A stretch of 63,371 nt of DNA, filler included, from Collodictyon triciliatum (Eukaryota): the NCBI GenBank assembly GCA_043381765.1. It is 21 parts of 21 records of this genome, joined end to end, with 100 filler letters (N's around TTAATTAATTAA, not from the genome) between each part and the next. Parts side by side here need not be neighbours in the genome. Positions count along the whole stretch, not along the records: positions 27,800 to 30,784 come from JBHJMP010007968.1; positions 30,885 to 33,869 come from JBHJMP010007969.1; positions 33,970 to 36,961 come from JBHJMP010007970.1; positions 37,062 to 40,044 come from JBHJMP010007971.1; positions 40,145 to 43,126 come from JBHJMP010007972.1; 16 more parts are not named here. One strand, written 5' to 3'. The notes beneath the pieces are model-generated. The model saw nothing but the letters and a program-made list of their open reading frames with translations. It had not been told where the DNA came from and did no database searches. This document shows, piece after piece, positions 29,339 to 40,529 of this stretch. Every line of letters starts with the position of its first letter. Position 1 is the stretch's first letter. The position numbers and the translations under genes are program-made.

Positions 29339-29575
29339 ATGAATAATATTATAGAAAATGATATACAATGTGAAAATAATAAACAATTAAAACAAGCAAG
29401 ATTTAAACAATTTTGTGAAAGAAATCCGGATTATTTTAAAAAATATTATGAAAATAATTTAAAAGATAGTTATTTTTATTGTTATTGTTGTAAAAAAGAA
29501 TATCTTACAACCCATAAATCAAGACATACCAAAACTAAAAAACATATGAAAAATGAAATAACATATAATAATTAA
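29339..29575 (+). CDS. Small C2H2-type zinc-finger protein (viral)
   Basis: CYCCKKEYLTTHKSRHTKTKKH; this HxxTxKH Zn finger is common in PLVs and NCLDVs. Preceded by TATTATA-ATG. Confidence 0.75.
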   Translation: MNNIIENDIQCENNKQLKQARFKQFCERNPDYFKKYYENNLKDSYFYCYCCKKEYLTTHKSRHTKTKKHMKNEITYNN

Positions 29576-29859
29576 ACCTGTACTGTTAATGGTTCATCAT
29601 TGCTATCATCTACAATTGTTATTGTTTTTTTACATTCTTTTTTTTCTCTTGGTTTTCTAGGCTTTTTTATTTTTAATACTTCTTTCGCTTCATCATTTGA
29701 TATAGCCATTGATACATCTTTATCTTCATTTAATGTTTTTTCTTGTAGTTTTTCAAATAGTTCTTTTTTATCTATTTCTAGTTCTTCTAATGCTTTCTGT
29801 GCATTCTTTATAATCTCTGATAAAAGTTTTTGTACTTTCTCAATTTCTTTTAAATTCAT
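29572..29859 (-). CDS. Hypothetical coiled-coil viral protein
   Basis: Intact 95-aa E/K-rich ORF, tightly packed. Its stop overlaps the Zn-finger stop at TTAA. Confidence 0.65.
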   Translation of the reverse strand: MNLKEIEKVQKLLSEIIKNAQKALEELEIDKKELFEKLQEKTLNEDKDVSMAISNDEAKEVLKIKKPRKPREKKECKKTITIVDDSNDEPLTVQV

Positions 29860-29947
29860 AATAATATATAATTAATCTATATATTATTTATTTATTATTT
29901 TACCGCGTAATAAAAATAATATTTATATATAAAACAATTATATTATA

Positions 29948-30583
29948 ATGTCTGATATTTTAATACAAGGCGTAAAATTGGTATGGATTACATTAGATGC
30001 AGAAAAAATAATATTAAAATGTGCCCGCGTATCATCAGATCATCCGGATTCTATGGATACAAATTTAATAAAATATTGCGCAAAAAATGGTCATTGGTCA
30101 ATATTCGAAATGGCGAATATGTGTGTTGAAATAACCGCGCCTTTATTTGTAATCAATCAAATCATAAGACATAAATCATTTAGTTTTCAACAATTCAGCA
30201 TGAGATACCAAGATAAAAATAAACTGTGTAATAATATATATGTTCCAGAATTTAGAAAGAAAGGAAAAACAAATAGACAATCATCCGAAGATGTTCACCC
30301 AGATAATGCAGAATTTATAAATGAATTTATTGATATATATTCTCACGCATCAGAACTATATGATAATATGATTCTTGCCGGAGTTGCTTATGAATGTGCC
30401 CGCGAAGTTTTACCAGTTTGCACACTATCAAAAATATATATGAATGGTAATATAAGGTCATGGATTCATTATTTGCAAACACGAACAAATAAACATACAC
30501 AAAAAGAACATAGCTATATCGCTTATCAAATTCTAGAAATATTTCAATGTAGACTACCAATAATATATAACGCAATATTTTAA
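29948..30583 (+). CDS. thyX: Flavin-dependent thymidylate synthase
   Basis: CARVS, GHWSIFE, ThyX motif RHKSFSFQQFSMRY, ECAREVLP, NGNIRSWIHYLQTR and HTQKEH. Confidence 0.95.
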   Translation: MSDILIQGVKLVWITLDAEKIILKCARVSSDHPDSMDTNLIKYCAKNGHWSIFEMANMCVEITAPLFVINQIIRHKSFSFQQFSMRYQDKNKLCNNIYVPEFRKKGKTNRQSSEDVHPDNAEFINEFIDIYSHASELYDNMILAGVAYECAREVLPVCTLSKIYMNGNIRSWIHYLQTRTNKHTQKEHSYIAYQILEIFQCRLPIIYNAIF

Positions 30584-30783
30584 ATAATTTTTAATTCTGT
30601 ATTAAAATTTTTATAAAACTTTGCAGGATTTCGCAATAAATCAACAAATAAAAAATTATAAGGTTCTTGTGTGGCATAATCTAAGTATTTTAAAAAATTA
30701 TCATTATCTGTCATTTCTGTCATTGTCTCTCTTTCTTTTTTATTATTTGTAAAGAATGATATTAAATGTGTAGCATTTCCACG
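30580..30783 (-). CDS. A32/FtsK-like packaging ATPase, C-terminal fragment (truncated by contig end; not in ORF track)
   Basis: Minus-strand translation RGNATHLISFFTNNKKERETMTEMTDNDNFLKYLDYATQEPYNFLFVDLLRNPAKFYKNFNTELKII* matches the RxN...AT.EPY.FL.(I/V)D...F.KNF tail of PLV/virophage packaging ATPases. Walker motifs lie beyond the contig. Confidence 0.7.
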   Translation of the reverse strand, partial: RGNATHLISFFTNNKKERETMTEMTDNDNFLKYLDYATQEPYNFLFVDLLRNPAKFYKNFNTELKII

Positions 30784-30898
30784 ANNNNNNNNNNNNNNNN
30801 NNNNNNNNNNNNNNNNNNNNNNNNNNNNTTAATTAATTAANNNNNNNNNNNNNNNNNNNNNNNNNNNNNNNNNNNNNNNNNNNNGTGCTTGGACCTAC

Positions 30899-31016
30899 CG
30901 GTGTTGAATACGAGCTCGCCGGCCACAGCGCGCTTGGCGCCAAAGGAGACGCCTTCGTAGACGGAGCCGTCCGAGAGGATGAGGCGGCCGGTGTCTGCTT
31001 CGAGTGCGGTTGTCAT
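30899..31016 (-). CDS. Carbamoyl-phosphate synthase small-chain N-terminus (CAD/URA2-like or CPS), exon 1
   Basis: MTTALEADTGRLILSDGSVYEGVSFGAKRAVAGELVFNT followed by a GTAGGT donor. Confidence 0.88.
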
Positions 31017-31671
31017 GCGGATGCGCTTGTCAAGTGGGCTGCTGCTTCAGGCTGGTGAGTGGGTGGGATTTTGGAAGGGTGTTTGTTCTTTTTGCATTTA
31101 TCACAGGCACGTGTTTCGGCAAGTACGGACACGTGGGTGCGTGGGCCTTTGATCGAATGTCTCTGTGTTTGAGTATGTGGGCCTGTCGTTCTTTCTTTCT
31201 CCGCGCGTGTGCCCGTGTGCGTGTGTTTGTTAGCGTGTTTGTGGTCTTTGGCGTGTGCCGTGCAGATGGAGGAGGCTTAGCGCAGGCGCGCATGGTGATG
31301 GTGCTGAGCGGAAGGGTGCCCTCTTTTGTTTTCCGCATGTGGCCTCAACCACTACGCAGCCTTACTCTGCGTCACAGGCCACAAATGTGTTGTCGATAGA
31401 ATGTCCACGAAACCCATAATCACCTCTGTACATTATGAAGTAGCATATAGTCTGAAATTGAGCCCAGCATGAAAACCATGGTGTAATGCTCCTTATCGAC
31501 GGGAGGCGAGATTCTTCAATGAACGAAAGTGAGGGGAATCCTGCTGGCACCACCGATAGTACACAACCAGGGGGTAGTTCCAGAACAGGAATGTACGCCC
31601 AATGTTTGGAGCCCCTTAGGGGCGCAACAAGTCACTACACAAATTATTCGAAATATTGAGGCCTGCATCGT

Positions 31672-32010
31672 TTATTTTGCGTGGTAGATGGAGATGTAGA
31701 GCAGCGCAGCCATCACGACGTAGAAGAGCAGATCAAGCTTGTGGATAAGACGCATCCCTCCAAAGGGGCCATTGTTCTGGCTTCTCTCTCTTCGGAGCTG
31801 TGCATAGCGTCGCACTTGCTCGCGTTCGACTTCGCTCAGCCTGTCAAACATACGCCGCCCTTCATCTACGCCCGGCGTCTCTTCCTCGCCCTCTGGTGAC
31901 GCCTTCCCACGGACTGTGTATTCATCTGTTCTTCGCTGGCGCAGTCGCTGAACCCCAGGCGTGACAATCGCCACCTCTTCCTCTCCTTTCCCACCTGTTG
32001 CCAAAACCAA
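31672..32010 (-). CDS. Small hypothetical protein with C-terminal hydrophobic helix (start or upstream exon uncertain)
   Basis: GC-rich, coding-like ORF ending LLFYVVMAALLYISIYHAK. Confidence 0.4.
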   Translation of the reverse strand: MVLATGGKGEEEVAIVTPGVQRLRQRRTDEYTVRGKASPEGEEETPGVDEGRRMFDRLSEVEREQVRRYAQLRRERSQNNGPFGGMRLIHKLDLLFYVVMAALLYISIYHAK

Positions 32011-32593
32011 CTTATTGAGGAGCCTGTTTTTTTTGTTTTTTGTATATCCCTTTTTTTTAAAAAAATAATAAATAAAACCACTCTAATTTTGTGGGATTAT
32101 TTCGTGTTTCCGGCAATAGTATTGTGCTTCTATTAGACACTTACTCATAGTTTGGCCTGGTCTCTGTTTCGACTGCTGCTGTTCTTATTGTTTTCTATGA
32201 CCCCTTGTATGACTAAAACGTAATTAGACCAGTGATTAGGGTATCCATCTCATATTGCAGTGGTGGCGGTGGCGGCTGCCAGGTAAATGTTTGAAAAAAT
32301 GCAGGAAAAAGGGAGGGAAAAGGAAGGCCACATTCGATCACTGAAAGACACAGCGCTTGCTACAATACGTTCAGACGACAACAGTCGCGTATGAGAGGTC
32401 TGATCCGACTCGGGCTGCAATAATCTTGTGTTATTAGTGCGATTCACTGATCTGGCGTTGAATCAACACCAACTTTATTGACCGCTGTAACGACCTAAAT
32501 TTGGAATTTATTTTGATTAATATTGTTACCCCCGTTTTCAAGGTATTTCCTCAGTTTTTACAACGTTATTGTATGCAAGTGCTATAGAAACCT

Positions 32594-32658
32594 TCTTTTT
32601 TTATTCTAAAAGTCTTAGCTGTCGAGCCCGTCTCAACAATCTTTCATTCAACCATCAG
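32594..32658 (-). mobile_element. Short retroposed insertion (third family) with 19-bp TSD
   Basis: GCAAGTGCTATAGAAACCT is duplicated at 32575-32593 and 32659-32677. The insert ends in AATAAAAAAAA on the minus strand. Confidence 0.8.
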
Positions 32659-32919
32659 GCAAGTGCTATAGAAACCTAATAGAATGATTGAGATATCCTG
32701 GGTCACCTTTTTGTAGTCAGTGTGGTTATTGCGTTTGCAGGAAACTACCTTCACCCTATCCCCTTGAACGAAATCAGGGGGCTAGAACAAGCATCCAATG
32801 CGGACTGATTTTGAAGAGTGACGCATAGTATTTCATTTGCTTTCCCGCTACTATGTTTACCAGATAACAGTCCTCACAGTTCGCTCCTACTATCTTTTTA
32901 CCCTTGCCTGCTGAAACCG

Positions 32920-33196
32920 CGCCCGCATTCTTCGCTACTCTGACCGCAAGCGAAGAGAGATGTGGGAATGTGTCGTGCGTTATCTCCCACAGCATATTCA
33001 ACCCCTGCTACCCACGCAACCAATCAACCAGTTGGGTCGCCCACCTGACCAACTCGCTATCACTGACTTCTTTCCAGTGCTCGCCTCTCCACAGCAGTGT
33101 CTTCTCTTACTCGCGTTTGCTCTCTCCCATGCGCACCTATCTCACCCCTTTGTATGGCACAACCTCGCTACACTTTGAATCGAATAAAGTAAAAAT
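32920..33196 (+). mobile_element. LINE family B ORF2 C-terminus and 3' end
   Basis: Reads RILRYSDRKRREMWECVVRYLPQHIQPLL...DQLAITDFF, similar to the family A C-terminus (HVLYYPDPVRRNMW...QFLITDYF). Second copy at 12366-12582. Confidence 0.78.
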
Positions 33197-33311
33197 CAGT
33201 ACTAATTGTCTTATTCCCGCAAGGCAGAACGATTGTATCGCAATATTTTTTTCTGACCTGTTGGAATTGATCGCTCTTCTGCTCGTATGGAATATTCTCC
33301 CAATTAACAAT

Positions 33312-33390
<79 letters not shown>

Positions 33391-34683
33391 CCCTATCAAG
33401 CCACTCAAGATGACAAAGAAAAAGCAGAGTCCGCGATTTAAAGCAATAAAGTCACGTGCAAAATAAAGAGGAAGGGGAAATAATATTTGGTCCGCATCCG
33501 CCATATTGGGGTCGCGTGGAGTGTTGTGAACACATTTGGAATATATTTAATTTGAATCATTCAGTTTGATTAACTAATAGTATTTTATCAATTATTTATG
33601 AATATAAGATTTTAATTATTAATTGAAGAAAATGACCGTCTAAGGAAAATGTGATTCGTTGCAATGTTTCTCAAGGTCAGCAGACGACCATAAGAAGACT
33701 TCTCCATATTTGGAAATTCGGCAGCGGATTTTTTTGCGCAATGTTTTGCATTTCAAAAAGGTGCGTTATGCAAAGAAAAGGCAATAAAAAAATTCCGTGC
33801 GCGTGCATCAACTAGAGTAAGTAGCTTTCTCAATAAACAAAAAAAAAAAACAAAAAAAAAAAAAAAAAANNNNNNNNNNNNNNNNNNNNNNNNNNNNNNN
33901 NNNNNNNNNNNNNTTAATTAATTAANNNNNNNNNNNNNNNNNNNNNNNNNNNNNNNNNNNNNNNNNNNNTTCAACTCATTTCTATTTTCTTCGTTTCTTC
34001 TGTTTTTTGTTTCATTTACAAAATACTCGACAATTTTCTTTGAAATAATACATATTAATATATCTTACCTACTGATACTTTTTTTTTAAAAAAAATTATC
34101 AACAGTGAAGCATGGGTACATCTGCATGAATCGTTCTGATAGAAATGTTTTTTTTTATTTCCCTTTCAACTTGTTCAAATTGAGATGATATTATAATACC
34201 AGAAATGTGAAAATTAACATAACGCAAAATTAGCATTTCATCAAAATAAATTACATCGTTTATAATGGATGAATCCATAAGAAAAACCACAAGAATATCT
34301 GAGATGAATAATCAAAAGAGTCATAATCTTCGTAGACGAATTATCCCGTGTTCCCTGGGTGTCTGAATGCCTTGAACTCTATTGGATTATTTATCTTAAA
34401 AAAGAAAATAAGTATTAAATATACAGTGCAGTGCGATGCAGATAAGGTCATTTCACATGATCTCAATAAGGATAGTAGATACCCATTACATACCTCATGA
34501 GTATCCGCCTCGCTCCGTGCAGATACCGACACGACTAGAAGACGGGTTCATTTGGTTTGCCTAATTCCTCGCTCCTATGCTCGTATGGTCTACATCCTTT
34601 TTTATACGAAGTGGTTATCGTGCTGGTCTTTTGAGACATTGTAATACCTATTACACACACCATATATAAAATGCAAAAGTAAA

Positions 34684-35078
34684 AGAGGTCATTTTCTTAG
34701 GACTATGTGGATAACACATATATACTAACGCGAAGCAAGATTCAAAAACAACCAGCCACCCATTCCTGATAATAGACTGGATGACATGATACAAACCTTT
34801 TTCCACGACGGGTTCCTTCGCCAACTGCATGTTCTCTTCACTCAGACTCTATAAGAAAATACATGTGTAGAAAGTATCCGAAAAGAGATTAAACTTCGTC
34901 TTGCCACTCTCATGCAGGCACAAGACTCAGACTACAGGCCAAACTGCAGGATGCAATTCCTTATTGCCAACTACTTCTCTTCCATGGGCAGCAAGTAGTG
35001 TCCATGCAAACAAAGGCTAGTGAAACAAAGCCAATATCCGACCATGTTGCTCAAAATTGTAAGTAAGAACAAAAAAAA
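34684..35078 (+). mobile_element. Older, diverged LINE family A 3' fragment (~400 nt)
   Basis: Aligns to the reverse complement of ~13540-13940 with many substitutions and ends in an A tail. Confidence 0.8.
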
Positions 35079-35348
35079 CTCGTCAAAAGATCCGATAACT
35101 ATGTCCATGGGGAGTTGTGTGCATAACAGAATAGCAGCATCGATGCGACGGATGAAGACCTTCAAGAAGAATACAAGTCCAACAAGAACTTTGAACTACT
35201 ATTTTCCTACCACACCTGACTAATTGTTGAAAAAGATGCTGCAAGAGCCGAGGAGAATCGCCATTTCCAACGGTGGTCTCATCATGATTGTAGGTAGTGA
35301 AGGTCATTATATGAAGCTTTGCATCGACGAAATCATGCATGTTAAGAC

Positions 35349-35706
35349 CATGGATGGAAATAAGGACATGGACAAGGGTCAGCTCAACCGCCCGTAACAT
35401 GTTGCTTTCGATAGCACAGGAAATTTCTATATGGCAGACCCTGGGAATCCAAGAGTCCAAAAGCTCAACAAGAAGGGCGAGGTTCTCGTTGTCATTCGAG
35501 ATGCAAATGTAACCAGCGGCTCCGTCAACGAAGAGGACACGCTTTTAGTTCTGTGTTCTTGTCTTACAGATTTTGTATCTCAAATGACAGAATCTTCGAA
35601 GATGAAATCAAGCTGGATGTTCTGGCGATTGTTGAAAGCTGGTCGCATTCGTCCGTGCCTCACCTGGTTTCTTCGGTGTCTGCAAAAACAAGACTGGGAT
35701 GATTAA
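35349..35706 (+). pseudogene. NHL-repeat (beta-propeller) protein remnant
   Basis: GQLNRP*HVAFDSTGNFYMADPGNPRVQKLNKKGE is a clear NHL repeat with an in-frame TAA at 35395-35397. Confidence 0.65.
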
Positions 35707-37317
35707 TTATATAAACAATGATGCGGCCCGACACTGGATTCTCTTGAATGGCTGCTATGGCACCGGCTAACGACCCTGACACTTTCTACGCCACAAGCCT
35801 TTTGCAAAAGTCGATATGTGGATTATTTGTTTCAACTTTAGCGAATCAACGTGGTTTTTATACATATTTTACTTTTCTCCAAAAAAAAAAACACCTGTTA
35901 TTTCAAACGAGTTTTAATCAAAATCCTTTTGCTTACTGTGGTATTTTTCTTTTCTTTTAGCCAACCGAGAATCGTACAATAAATAAATGAAACATATGAT
36001 TATAGTGACGAGAGGTCATAGTTTATGTGGGTCCATTACCACAGTACCTTAAAATATATCATAAATTGGTTCTACATGTCAAGAGTTGATTTGAATTATT
36101 CGAAGTGATAGGAAGAAAAGAAAGTAGAAGCAGGTATATAACTTGTGGGCAATAAAAGGAATGCATCTAATCCATTAGATGACTTAAATATGCGGACGGA
36201 ATGTTATTTTTCTAATTATTTTTATAGTATATTGGATGGTTCGTTCGCATAAGTGTACTTTTTGACGGGTTGTCAGGGCAGAGTTGATGGCAGTTATTTC
36301 TCATGTATGCAGAAAGGGTTGACACTTCTTCACATGTTGTAACATTTTTGGCCAGTGAGTAGCTCTCAGACGGGCAACCAATCTTCTAATGTAATCGTAT
36401 GAAGCTGAGATATGGGTAATCAAAGGCTCCAGTTTTTTACATATAACTTTATCCAAAATTATGTGCGTAAATATAAACATCTAATATAGCACGCTGTTGA
36501 GCAGAGTTGGATATTTTTAGATAGTTTTCTTTTGTGCAAAGTAATTCATATAATATTGTATTATAAAATCAAGTCTTAACCATCAAGTGACTTCTCCTAT
36601 TCCTTCTTGACGTCTGGGTGCGCTTCCTTTTTTTTAGGAGCTGGTTCAGGCACTTTTGTATCGTTGATCCCGGTTATCAGAAAATAGAGCTGTTCACGTG
36701 GTTAAGTCAAAAAACAAAGTGTTTTTTTTTTTCAAGAGCAAACCTGGCTTTCGAGTAATGAAAGCCCGGTCGTCTTTCCCAAATTAGTTTTCTCATATGG
36801 TGCGAGAGAACTCATAGAGCATGAATAAGTGTCGATAGAGAGGATAAAACAAATACACATAATAATACACATAATAATACACATAATAATACACATAATA
36901 ATACACATAATAATACACATAATAATACACATAATAATACACATAATAATACACATAATAANNNNNNNNNNNNNNNNNNNNNNNNNNNNNNNNNNNNNNN
37001 NNNNNTTAATTAATTAANNNNNNNNNNNNNNNNNNNNNNNNNNNNNNNNNNNNNNNNNNNNTTTTTTTTTTTTTTTTTTTTTTTTTTGTTTTTTGTTTTT
37101 TTTTTTTTGTTTTATGTTTTTTGTTTTTTGTTTTTTGTTTTTTTTTGCACAATAAAAGCTACCGAAGGAAAAAAAGAAAGAAAAAAAGGAAGCAAATCTA
37201 GCACACAGAAAGAAGACAAGTAGGAGCCGCAGCACCGAAGCAGGCCTAAGCCTAACTTTGCGCCCACTCTGCCTTCCCGCGCAGCAGAGCGACCAGGCCG
37301 AAAGTAGCGCAAGGCCG

Positions 37318-39253
37318 ATGGAGCCCAAGAAGGAGAAGAAGGGTTTCCAGCCGACGATCCCCGTGCGGGCCGGCCGCCTCGCAAGCACCCAAGGGCAGCC
37401 CACAATCCCCACCCTCGCGGGCCGGGCTGCTGTGGATGCGGCTCAGGCTTTGGTGGACTCGCCGCTTCAGACGCCGCACTCTTTGCCGGCCCCAATGCCC
37501 GCCTCCGCTTCTGCCCTGCCGCTCTCCGGCGCAAGTCTGGCGTCCATCCTTTCCAATGCGCCTGCGGGTTCCCCGGCCTCGAAGCCCAAGTTTGTGCCCA
37601 CGATTCCGGCCCGCCGCAAGAAGCCGCAAGAGTGAGTGTGCTTGATTTGTGTCTTGGTCCGCATTTTTTTTTATCTATTTCTTTTTTCTATTTCTTTTTC
37701 TATTTCTTTTTTCTATTTCTTTTTTCTATTTCTTTTTTCTATTTCTTTTTTCTATTTCTTTTTTCTATTTCTTTTTTCTATTTCTTCTTTCCTTTTCTAT
37801 TTCTATTTCTATTTCTATTTCTATTTCTATTTCTATTTCTATTTCTATTTCTATTTCTATTTCTATTTCTATTTCTATTTCTATTTCTATTTCTATTTCT
37901 ATTTTCTTTGCTTCATACATGATCGGTTTTGCTGCTTCTATTATTGTTTGATTTTATGCCATTTTTTGTTGTTTTTTATTATATTGATTTTATTGCTTTT
38001 AGTATTTTTTTTTTGGTTTTTTATTTGATTTATTTATATTTTTATTCATATGTGACTTTTCTAATTCTTTTCATTCTTAAAAAAATAACACCGCCAACCA
38101 TAAAAATGATTCCTCTGCAGAGACCCAATATTAGTTCCTGATGATATCGTTTTGGAACAAGAGCGCAAGGTTTTTTTAGATATATCCAGTTTTATGATTA
38201 TTACTTCATTCCTTTTCCTTTCTTTTGCTTTACATACCAACGTGACATAAATTTTTATGTTACCACTTCAGTTGATTTTTTGGTATTAAAATATCTAGTG
38301 AATATATATATATCTCAGTGGGTTGGGTTTTACCCACATAATAATAATAATAATAATAATGTGTGATAGCCCAGAGAGCCCAGAGGTCCAAAAGAGAGAG
38401 ACCCAATGAGGAAGAAACCTCAAGATGCAGGTTTACTCTATGTTCCCTATTCATGTCAATATTTGTCTCGCTTATACTTTACTGTCCTCTTTTCTTTTGA
38501 TTGTTCCGGTTAATTTTACCTCAACTTTACGAATGATTATGGTTTCCTTCTTATTCGATAAACGAGACTATGTGATTTTTTTATTGATGAAATAATTTAC
38601 GCACAATTTATCGCTAAACTTGACTGTAATCACCCTGTATGAAACATTAGCAATACATTCAAATACTTTGCTAATTAATCATCATGAATTGTTAGCCCCT
38701 GTAAAGGTTGCATTTATGGGTACTTCTCAAGGAATCACAAAGAACTCTAGTGGAGTTGGTTCAGTTCGGATGCCTGTCGTGGTGCCTAGTAGTGATGGAA
38801 ACTCTTACGGTCAATTCAAAGAGAAGAATGAAGCAGGTCAGAAAGCTCTCTCTCGACTTCCAAATTCAAAAAAAAAATAATAATCAAACATCAGCTTTTA
38901 TTTATGTTTATTCAGCTACGTACCTATTTGTTTTCGTATATTCCTCATTTTTTTTTTGAAAATAGATCCTTCTCTTCCTGTCTCCATGGAAGTCGATGAA
39001 AAACAAGACTTTGTAATCGAAAAGCTTATAATTATACAACAGTCAACTCACACAGAGCAATAAATATTCGTATTGTTGGTCATGTATCCCATCTTTTTTT
39101 TTTGTAACTATTTATTTATATTTACCCATAAAAATTGAAGACATAATTCCCATATAACATCAGAAAGGAGAACTTTTCGATTCTTCAACGAAAGAGTTTC
39201 GTCCTGTATTTTTGGGTGAAAAATGTAAGCGCATTATACTCTTAACCATGGCC

Positions 39254-39293
<40 letters not shown>

Positions 39294-39848
39294 TTCCCTT
39301 CATCGCCTTTTAGGCTATCTCTAGCCTGTGAAAACATGTAAACCTATGTAATCGGCGAGTCACTGTATTATATACCATTTTGATTATAAAGCAGGTAGAG
39401 GAACAGAAAATCAACACACAGACCACCCCAGCCATGTAAGATCTTTTCCGCATCCACAACAGCGCCCTTTATGAACAAACAGCTTTAAACAATAAGACAT
39501 ACATCCGATAATGTACCATTACCTGGACTGGTTTAAAAAATTTCTTGGATAATACTGCCTCGAATGGAGATGGTGTCAAGAGATGCTAAGTACTCGAATA
39601 TCCCAGCCTTTTCAAGAAAACGGCCTGTACTTTTTCCAATTCCCAACTGCCCTCCCTGCACGTACCATCACCCAGAAGCCATTCCACGAGGCGTTCGAAC
39701 CACCCACGCAGGTGGAATACAGCGCGACGTCCATTGAGCCGAAGAATCAGAACAACCTGGCTTCCTTTCCGCCTGGGATAATTGGGAAAGTGAAAGTGTA
39801 CAGATCTGGCAAGATTAAAATGTTCCTGGGCGAAAATTCATTCGATGT
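37318..39848 (+). CDS. RPC4: RNA polymerase III subunit RPC4 (RPC53/POLR3D), 3' end missing
   Basis: N-terminal KPKFVPTIPARRKK. C-terminal LYFFQFPTALP...PGIIGKVKVYRSGKIKMFLGENSFDV is the RPC4 domain. Multiple introns. Confidence 0.88.
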
Positions 39849-40144
39849 GAGGATTTATTTACGCTCACTCACGAAGAAAACCCTCATTTTGATATATTGC
39901 CGAAGTTATAACGTTTTCAAATCATTCCTTTTTTTTTTCTTTTTTTCTTTTTTTTTCTTTTTTTTCTTTTTTTTTTCTTTTTTTCTTTTTTTTCTTTTTT
40001 TTTCTTTTTTTTCTTTTTTTTCTTTTTTTTCTTTTTTTTCTTTTNNNNNNNNNNNNNNNNNNNNNNNNNNNNNNNNNNNNNNNNNNNNTTAATTAATTAA
40101 NNNNNNNNNNNNNNNNNNNNNNNNNNNNNNNNNNNNNNNNNNNN

Positions 40145-40355
40145 TTAGGATTGTGGCAAATATCTTGTAGTCGTTGTTGAGCAGCGATATCGGGCGCCAG
40201 TCTCTGAGGTCAGTTGCATCCTCTTTCTTTGGGATTAGACGCACCACTGCTTCTGTAAAGCCATCCGGGATGTTGTCTGCATCTGCAATCAAGCTGTTTA
40301 GGAGTCCCAGGAGGGATGTCTTGATGACTTGGAAGAAGGTGGTATATGTCTCCAT
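40145..40355 (-). mobile_element. L1/Tx1-like reverse transcriptase fragment
   Basis: IPDGFTEAVVRLIPKKEDATDLRDWRPISLLNNDYKIFATIL, the start of the non-LTR RT domain. Cut by the contig end. Confidence 0.9.
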
Positions 40356-40529
40356 TTATTTGTGTGATGATCACCCTGATTGATAGCACATTCTCATTCT
40401 TATTGGTATCATAATAAATGGTAAAGAATATTTATTATCATATTTTATGATTCCATCTCGGTGGTGCCTGTCCCTGCCGTATGAATTATTGCGATTTATT
40501 ATTGTTGGAGAAGGCGAGGATTGTGGGCC

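Noticed and set aside
30580-31016. ThyX and the CPS/CAD exon as a pyrimidine gene cluster
   Set aside because: They are on different contigs separated by an artificial spacer.
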